DNA of 64,000 bases. It comes from Octopus vulgaris (Eukaryota). Location of the stretch: assembly GCA_951406725.2 (NCBI GenBank), contig OX597815.1, forward strand, positions 184,202,001 through 184,266,000, read 5' to 3'. The notes under the pieces are model-generated. The model saw only the letters and a list, made by a program, of their open reading frames with translations. It ran no database searches and had not been told where the DNA came from. A program made the position numbers and the translations under genes. Shown one piece after another: positions 55,200-64,000 of the stretch (within the stretch, counting starts at the first letter, position 1; each line of letters begins with the position of its first letter).

Positions 55200-56720
55200 G
55201 TATGCCTGCCTTGAATTTGTCATTTGGGCAAATTTTTGTGTGGTTAATTTGTTTATATTATTTTGTTTTTGGCCTGGGCATGGTGTTCTTATACCTGTGT
55301 GTTTTTTGTAGTTCGTTACTGGGCCATATTTATTCTGTGTGTGCAGTTTGGTGCTATGTGTGTTCTGATTTCACCTTTAGGAAAGTGGCTATATTCGTGG
55401 GATTGTCGTCGTAGACAGTGGCTCTTTGAGATATTTGAGTGTAACATATTGCTTGTTGCGAGGAGAGAAGGTTTCATCCCTAATATTCAGGATGTTATCT
55501 GTTGATTGTATAATGTTAAATTTTCAGTAATACAGAGTTCACATTCGGCACCCCGTCCTCTCTCTTTTTTGGCTTTAGCAATAACTTTCCACTCTATCTG
55601 GGTTTACTTATTCCACCTTGTTTCAATATACATATCATATTTGACAAGGATGTTGCATTTTTTTTCCAATTTTGTCTCTGAATGACACCAGATGTTGCCT
55701 ATACATTTCCTTAAACGAGTTGCCCGTCATTCCGATATACATTTTTGCTATTCCGTTGGGGTTCGTGACCTTGGCCTTGTATACGAGTTCTTTCTCGAGA
55801 CAGTTGTTGTTTAGAGGGTGGTGGTTTGGGGATCCGCAGTAGCGTTTTCTTTCAGGGGTGTTTCTGGTGTTTATATTTATTGGGATTGAATATTATTGAC
55901 CCTGTATTGGAGAAGCTACTATAGCTAACTTTCACAGTATTTCTGAGGAAGAATTTTTAGCGCTTGTGTGAATGTGGGAAGTGTTTGGCTATTAGATTGG
56001 AGGATTTCCTATCTATGTTAGTATCAACATCCATGCTATAAAGTCTCCATTCTTTTTTTTTTACTCAATAGGAATTATCATGAAAGAGTAATGCTTCTCT
56101 TGCGTTCATAATTATATCTAAATCAGTATTTGTTATAGTGACATATATCTCTAACTTCAAGTGCCTACTGAAGCAAGCTTTTGGAGATCGGAGGGGTTGA
56201 CTTCTACGATATCGAACAGTATAAATTTGCGTTAGGGTTTATCTTCTATTTTCTTAAACCATTCAATAGTTGCACTACTGCATATACATTGAATAAGATT
56301 TGTGTGTGCTCTGATATGTCGTATAATATTATCTAAAATGAATTTACTAATAATTCCCATTTCGCTTTTTGTGAGATTTATTAATCTACAGCAAGGATTT
56401 TGCGTGGAGTTATTCTTATCGTCTTTCAGAGTTATGAAAGGATTTCGTCAGATAAGCTTTTCTATTTTGTCTTCTATTTTAATGTGTGTGGCTAAATTTT
56501 TTGCTTCAACATTAATTGAATTATGAGCGGTGGGGTTTGTTTTCTTGTATGTTTTCGTTGTTGTCGGTTAATTTGTGGTTTCTTTGGTTGTTTCCTTCAT
56601 AATTATTCTTTGTTTTATCTCTTTTAATAAACATATTCGTTGATGTTTTGAAATACTCCGTGCATGTCTGTAACGTGTGTTGGAACTTGGACTTTTGGTT
56701 GAATTTTACGTTTCTAATTA
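55200..56720 (-). mobile_element. Penelope-like retroelement, decayed and internally deleted (RT N-terminal part plus GIY-YIG endonuclease)
   Basis: Minus strand encodes FITLKDDKNN..NPCCRLINLTKSEMGIISKFILD, EWFKKIEDK..FILFDI, and PLNNNCLEKELVYKAKV...MYIGMTGNSFKE (GIY-YIG). Confidence 0.85.
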
Positions 56721-56814
56721 ACTTTATATGATTGTCTTTAAATACACACACACACACATATCTGTGTGTGTATAAAATATATATACATACACATATATAT
56801 ATATATATATATAT

Positions 56815-56845
<31 letters not shown>

Positions 56846-56895
56846 AGCAATAATAAATCTCTGAACGAGGTATAAACAGTAGCTGCACGACAGTG

Positions 56896-57059
56896 TGAAG
56901 TATATTTGCCACTTAAACAGGGCTAACCACTTTGCAAATACTGGTAGGGCACAGAAAGTGTGTCAATAGCCAGCTGGAGAAGATGTTCTCCTTGGGCTAC
57001 GAGCTACAGTGGCATCCACCCTAAAGGGTTAGCCACATTTAAGTGTCAAATATACTTCA
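56896..57059. repeat. 33-bp inverted repeats with a ~100-bp spacer between microsatellites
   Basis: tgaagtatatttgccacttaaacagggctaacc / ggttagccacatttaagtgtcaaatatacttca. Confidence 0.75.
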
Positions 57060-57235
<176 letters not shown>

Positions 57236-57244
57236 CGCTTGCAT

Positions 57245-57442
57245 TTGTGTTGTGTTTGTCTCCCACTACCACTTGACAGCCAGTCTTAGTTTGTTTACGT
57301 CTCTGTAACTTCGCAGTTGGGCATAAAATCCGATGAAAGAAATCCGAAGCTTAAAAAAGTAAGCACTGGTGTCGATTAGTTCGACTAAGCTCTTCATGGT
57401 TGTGCCGCAGCATGGCTGCAGTCCAATGACTAAAATAAGTAA
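57245..57442 (+). mobile_element. SINE family B, diverged 3' half
   Basis: Tail ...GCAGCATGGCTGCAGTCCAATGACTAAAATAAGTAAG. Confidence 0.7.
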
Positions 57443-57781
57443 GCAGATAAACGATAAAGTATTAATTAGAAGTGTAGAGTAACGCTTCGGAAATCCACAC
57501 TGGGAGGTATTTAGTATAAATGAACCAATTCCAGACAATTTGTTTTTGGTGCATTTTTAGATTTTTATTCGGTAACCCGAGGATTCCTCATTATTTTACC
57601 AAATATCTCAGAAAAAGAATGTATACAGGTCATACGTCGCTGAATTTACATTGAAAGAAATCCTTCTCACGTTTGCACAATGCGTGTGGCTAACAATATT
57701 CCTGAGTAGAGCAAAAGAAGGACAACTGGGGGAGTTGGTCACATATTCATTATAACTCATTTTTAACATCATATTCACAAA

Positions 57782-58169
57782 TCTTTATATATAAAAGTCA
57801 AGTTGTGTGTCTGTCTACTCCGATTTAGATTCCTAATTACTCCCATATTTTGCGGTGCAGTTTAACCAAAACCGGGTATCTTATAGTCGTGAATCATATC
57901 GTGCCCTTCTGGGTATTAGCACGCGTCTACGATGAGTCTACGATTTTAAAAATAATTTACCATTATTTTTTTCCATTTTAATGCATATTTTTAAATATAA
58001 GGGAAGTAACTCTCTAAAAATGTCTACGATGAGTCAACGATTAAAAAAATTACCATAATTTTTTTTCCATTTTTAATGCATTTTTTGCTATTTTTTGGCT
58101 ATAACTCTCTAAAAATGCTTTATAGTTATTTCCCTTACAAACCCGAGCAACGCCGGGCGATACTGCTAG
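57782..58169 (+). mobile_element. Non-autonomous Helitron, subfamily 1
   Basis: A|TCTTTATATATAAAAG...CCCGAGCAACGCCGGGCGATACTGCTAG|T. Confidence 0.9.
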
Positions 58170-59116
58170 TATAATATAAACAAAGACAAGATGTTGGCTC
58201 TTAATATCAACTAAACTACATCCAAAACCTCTGGGGAATATTTTCTCTCACATGTATCCTGCATGACAACGGATCTCAAGACAATGCCATCCTGCTCTTT
58301 TGGAATTTGATTTTTGGAATAGATCAACTAGATCTATTTGTCAATAGTCATCGGATGCAACTTTGAGATTAGAAATTAATAATTTACTACTAATCCCTGT
58401 GGCGGTTTCTTACTGTATTATATTGGAATAAGGCAATTAAATATTGCCAGCGTAATCTATAAATAGAATAATATTTGTATATTTCATTTGACCGGTTCTC
58501 ATATAACCGTCATTAAATCATCTCCTTTATATATATATATATACACACTTTAGCACATTTTAGTAAGTGTAAAATAGTCTTTAGTTATAAAGAAACGTTA
58601 TTAGTTCCAATGTATTGTTACATTTCTTACATTTCACAAGTAATAGAAAATATTGATGTTTCTAATATTTGTGGCGATTTATGAAATATTTTTATTAAAT
58701 GTATCTGAAAGATATCAATGGTATTGGCAATAGCAAGGCTATATTTTGATATTCAGTTTTCTCGAGTTTGTTCCTTTTTCATATATAAATATACATATGT
58801 GTATACACATATATGTATATGTAGAGATTTTGAAGCGATGTACAGATATTGTATATTTTTCCTTTCCCAACCTAAAAGGTCAATAAATACTAACACAACA
58901 AATCTGACCATACCAATACAAAAGTCACTCCTCTTTTCCTTCCTCTCCTTCTCAAGCTTTTATTCTTCTTTCTTCTCCCTTTGCTTTGAAAACCCCACAA
59001 TTGTTTATATATAAAAAGGTCAAGAAATCTAACTTAGAAACCACATTTGATAAATTCAATAACGGAAGAAAGCGCTACCAGTATAAATAATATTTAAGTA
59101 AATATATATATATATA

Positions 59117-59512
59117 CTAGCAGTATCGCCCGGCGTTGCTCGGCTTTGTAAGGGAAATAACTATATAAGCATTTTTAGAGAGTTATAGCCAAAAAATAGC
59201 AAACAAATGCATTAAACATGGAAAAAAAATGATTGTAAATTTTTTTAAAAATCGTTGACTCATCGTAGACATTTTTAGAGAGTTACTTCCCTTATATAAT
59301 AGCGAAAAGATGCATCAAAATGGAAAAAAATGATGGTAAATTATTTTTAAAATCGTAGACTCATCGTAGACGTGCGCTAATACCCACAAGGGCTCGATAT
59401 GAATCACGACTATAAGATACGCGCTTTTGGTTACACTGCACCGCAAAATGTGGGAGTAGTTAGGAATCTAAATCGTAGGAGACAGACACACAACTCCTCT
59501 TTTATATATATA
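59117..59512 (-). mobile_element. Non-autonomous Helitron, subfamily 1
   Basis: Reverse-complement copy in a (TA)n tract; CTAG at 59117-59120. Confidence 0.9.
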
Positions 59513-60235
59513 TATATATATGTGTGTGTATATATATATAATCATCCAAAATTCTGACTACCTTATTATTCTAAATATAGATATAGGTATATACACATAT
59601 ACATACACACAATTGTGTGGCACTACAATTTGTCAAGACTGAAACTTGCATTTTTATTGACCGGCTGACACGCTTTTCACTCACTCCATTTTTATTTTTC
59701 CTTATCACTTGAAAGCTATTGTGAAATAGTGTCTGATCTGCATATATTTGACATATAACCTAGATACAAGATAATATTTGCAGCGAAGAAAGAAGAGTAG
59801 ATTGAATATATTCCCTGTATATTAGCTAATCATGATTTATGCATTTCCAATTAGATAAGGGACAATAGTTGTGAATTATGATGTTAAATGGGGAAAAGTA
59901 TCGACTGTCTCCCGAAACTTTATCTGTTCTGCCAATTTCTGGTTCTAATATATGCTTCTCGTAAATATGTGTTTTCTGAAGTAAGTTTGAATTTACCTTT
60001 TTAATAACAGTAAATAATTGATTCCGTATACTTTAATATGCATGATATTGCTAAATAATGTCCCCCACTCCGCTCCCGTAAATAAGTAAAATATCACTTT
60101 TCAGTTCCAAAGTACAGTTCGTATAACGGTATGGCGATTGTTCATTATTGCGATCTTCAACCTCAGAAAAAACACGAAAAACACTATACAACGAGGAAAA
60201 ACGGGTTTCTCACACACGCACACTTATAGACACAC

Positions 60236-60292
<57 letters not shown>

Positions 60293-60436
60293 GAGAGTGA
60301 GAAAGAGAGAGAGAGATAAATATGTATGTATATATGTAAATATATATATATATGTATATATATATATACACCCGCATGTATGTTTATCTATCTATCTATC
60401 TCTATATATGTATATATGTACATATAAATGTCTGTA

Positions 60437-60469
<33 letters not shown>

Positions 60470-60868
60470 TCTCTTTTACTCTTTTACTTGTTTCAGTCAT
60501 TTGACTGCGGCCATGCTGGAGCGCCGCCTTTAGTCGAGCAAATTGACCACGAGATTTATTCTTTGTAAGCCCAGTACTTATTCTATCGGTCTGCTTTGCC
60601 GAACCGCTAAGTAACGGGGACATAACACCAGCATCGGTTGTCAAGCAATGCTAGGGGGACAAACACAGACACACAAACACACACACGCATATAAATACAT
60701 ATATATGACGGGATTCTTTCAGTTTCCGTCTACCAAATCCACTCACAAGGCTTTGGTCGGCCCGAGCCTATAGTAGAAGACACTTGCCCAAGGTGCCACG
60801 CAGTGGGACTGAACCTGGAACCATGTGGCTGGTAAACAAGCTACTTACCACACAGCCACTCCTGCCCC
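60470..60868 (-). mobile_element. SINE family B, full length
   Basis: Reverse-complement near-consensus copy. Confidence 0.9.
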
Positions 60869-60893
60869 TATATACATGTGTATATATATATAC

Positions 60894-60932
<39 letters not shown>

Positions 60933-62342
60933 CATGCACACACACATGCATATGTATATATATGCATAAAGTTTAGAAAATTATGGCCGACATTTGTTAA
61001 CATTGTTCTTTGAAGGAAAATATATGGAAGAAAAGACTGACCAGAATATATATTTTTTAAATATTTCAAAGGGTAAAAATGTGTTGGCATAAAAAAGTAA
61101 TTAGAGGAATAGGTTGGAGCAAACCTGATTCTCAAGTATTTTGCTTTGAGAGAACGATTAATCTAGAATATATTAAATCAGCCGCATTGTGCCAGCTTTT
61201 CACTTTAATAAAAGATTTCTATAAAATCCTACCATATGATCAAGAGAAAATTTTTTGGCAGAATTTAAATCTGAAATAGATAGTTAATGTGTCATCGTTT
61301 TATTCATCTTCTTGATATAAGATTGTTCCTTTGCGTATCTTCTTTAAAATCTATATTATAGACAATTTCTGTAAGTAGATATCAGAGACGATTTAAATAT
61401 AAATTGGTTCGAAATGGATAAAGAAAGCTAAAAACTCTTAATTTCCTGCAACCCAAAACGCTTTCGGCATCGCCATCCCTTTGGTTTAGCTTTTTGTTCT
61501 TTATATATGTTGCTTTAAAAATCGATTAACCTCTCAATTTACTTACATCCAGAAACCTAGATTAAGAATTGATATATTTGAATATGAGGTAAAAGAAATC
61601 GACCGAGTGAAGATATCTTACGTTGGTATAGTTTTATAACGTGTGACATCATGTCTCCTGACATAAATCTGATTTTATTGGATATTAATATCTGTAGTAA
61701 TATTTAATATAGCATGAGCTATTTTCGCTGATCTGTCTCCTCTAGATCTATTTCATTCGCTGGCAATTTAATTGAGTATTATTTCAAATTGCTCCCATGA
61801 TTATTTCTCTTTTTTCCCAATCGTTAGAGAAAATGGACTCGGGACTTGTAGTCAATATCTGGCCCCCGATTTAATTGTGGTTAATTTATCTAAAACTAAA
61901 ACACATATATCAATCATTGCGTGTAAGTTTATCTGAGTAAAATACTGTAAGCATGAATATTTCTAAGTCCATGGTTCCATTTTGACTCACGAGATGGCTT
62001 TGTAGTTCTGTAAACATAAAATAGTATGGGAGAGACAACGACACGGTTCTGCATCGAATTTTATCTCAATCGTATTCATGTCAGTGGCTAAATTATTGAA
62101 ACACACACACAGACATACATACATACATATACAGAGGCTCCTGAAAGTCGGACGTGTACAATATTTTTTCCCACAATGTTTTTGTGTATTTTTCGAAACC
62201 ATCAATAGTGTTAACCATATAAAAGTATTCATACAAACTACCTGATGGATTTCTAGAGTGAGCATACATTTGTAATGATAATTTGAATGCATTATCTTTT
62301 GATATTACGAGCTATTGGCATGAAGACCTCATCACATTCTTG

Positions 62343-62757
62343 TGGCGAGCTAGCAGAACCGTTAGCACGCCAGGCGAAATGCGTATCCGTATTTCGTCTG
62401 CCGTTACGTTGTGTGTTCAAATTCCGCCGAGGTCGACTTTGCCTTTCATCCTTTCGGGGTCGATAAATTAAGTACTAGTTACGCACTGGGGTCGATGTAA
62501 TTGACTTAATACCTATGTCTGTCCTTGTTTGTCCCCACAATGTTTAGCCCCTTGTGGGTAATAAAGAAATACGTGTTTCGTCTGCCGTTTCGTTCTGATT
62601 TCAAATTCCGCCGAGGTCGACTTTGCCTTTCATCCTTTCGGGGTCGATTAAATAAGTACCAGTTACGCACTAGAGTCGATATAATCGACTTAATCCGTTT
62701 GTCTGTCCTTGTTTATCCCTTCTGTGTTTAGTTCCTTGTAGGTAGTAAAGAAATAAG
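62343..62757 (+). mobile_element. SINE family A, dimeric (two tail-1 units)
   Basis: Head plus two core units; abuts a family B tail. Confidence 0.9.
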
Positions 62758-62758
62758 A

Positions 62759-62990
62759 GTACTCTTTTAATTGTTTCAGTCATTTGACTGTGACCATGCT
62801 GGAGCACGGCCGTTAGTTGAGCAAATCAACCCAAGGACTTATTCTTTGTAAGCCTAGTATTTATTCTATCGGTCTCTTTTACCGAAGCGCTAAGTTACGG
62901 GGACGTAAACACACCAGCATCGGTTGCCAAGCAATGCTGGGGGGGGCGGTCAAACAGACGCAAACATACACACACACACACACACACACA
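62759..62990 (-). mobile_element. SINE family B, 3' half
   Basis: Reverse-complement match, tail-to-tail with family A copy. Confidence 0.85.
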
Positions 62991-63369
62991 GATTTTTTGT
63001 ATCGACAATACCTGTCATCTGTGTTCAATAAATAATAACAAATATCGATGCGAATACAAATATGCAATATAATTTACTATCAACATGACTTCTATTTTTT
63101 AAACTTTGTGTTAACAACAAACAAGATGAGAACAAATATCCGTCAAATGTAAATAATGAAGAATTTGAATAACTTACAGAATGCTAAATGAAAAAGAAAA
63201 AAATTCTAGAGTAGAAGTTAGAGAACGACATGAAAATGCAGAAGACACAAAAATCAGTGGTAATTACTTGAGGCGGATCATTTAAGTTTATTATTGAAGA
63301 AACAGATGAAAGTCATAAGAAGCGAATTAGATTTAAATATATTCAAATTATAAAAATTGTAGCTTAAAT

Positions 63370-63940
63370 GGTTTCAAATTTTGGTTGAAGGCGGGCAAGG
63401 TCGGCGGAACAGTCTAGTTGATTAGATCAATCCCAGTGCTCAAATACCTATTTCTTTATTACCCACAAGGGGCTAAACATAGAGGGGACAAACAAGGACA
63501 GAAATAGGTATTAAGTCGACTTCGGCGGAATTTGAACTCACAACGTAACGCAGACGAAATACCTATTTCTATTTCTTTATTACCCACAAGGGGCTAAACA
63601 CAGAGGGGACAAAGAAGGACAGACATAGGTATTAAGTCGATTACATCGACCCCAGTGCGTAACCGGTACTTAATTTATCGACCCCGAAAGGATGAAAGAC
63701 AAAGTCGACCTCGGCGGAATTTTAACTCACAACGTAACGCAGACGAAATACCGCTAAGCATTTCGCCCGGCGTGCTAACGTTTCTGCCAGGTCGCCGCTC
63801 AAATACCACTTAATTTATCAAGCTAGAAATGATGAAAGGTAAAGTCGACTTCGGTGGAATTTGAACTCAGAACATAAAGACGGACGAATTGCTGCAAAGC
63901 ATATTTCTCGGCGTGCTAATGATTCAGCCAGTCACCTCCC
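63370..63940 (-). mobile_element. Dimeric SINE A (about 63449-63797) nested in an older SINE A-related copy
   Basis: Duplicated gctcaaatacc on both sides of the inner copy; older head at 63810-63940 and older tail at 63370-63437. Confidence 0.8.
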
Positions 63941-64000
63941 TAATGCAGATTAATATGATAAAGTTTGCAAAAATACCATTTTTTTTTCAGAAGAAAATTT

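Overview
AT-rich animal genomic DNA dense in (TA)n/(CA)n/(TCTA)n/(AAT)n microsatellites and SINEs. The repeat spectrum suggests a coleoid cephalopod, probably Octopus (inference from recognition, not searched). Almost all ORF-track entries are microsatellite or repeat artefacts. The window is mainly intronic/intergenic and contains: at least 4 tRNA-derived SINE families; 5 non-autonomous Helitrons; several TA-flanked Tc1/mariner/pogo MITEs; and decayed CR1-like, R4/Dong-like and Penelope-like retroelements. Three phase-compatible minus-strand candidate exons (44070-44037, 4119-4070, 93-<1) may be the 5' end of a gene that runs off the left edge. The most notable signal is at least 9 minimal hammerhead-ribozyme motifs in about 6 sequence types of short non-coding elements next to microsatellites; one type places the ribozyme at the apex of a long inverted repeat. 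Also notable are multimeric SINEs bounded by a single TSD, a SINE/LINE pair sharing a 3' stem-loop, and a Helitron with extra sequence nested in a SINE.
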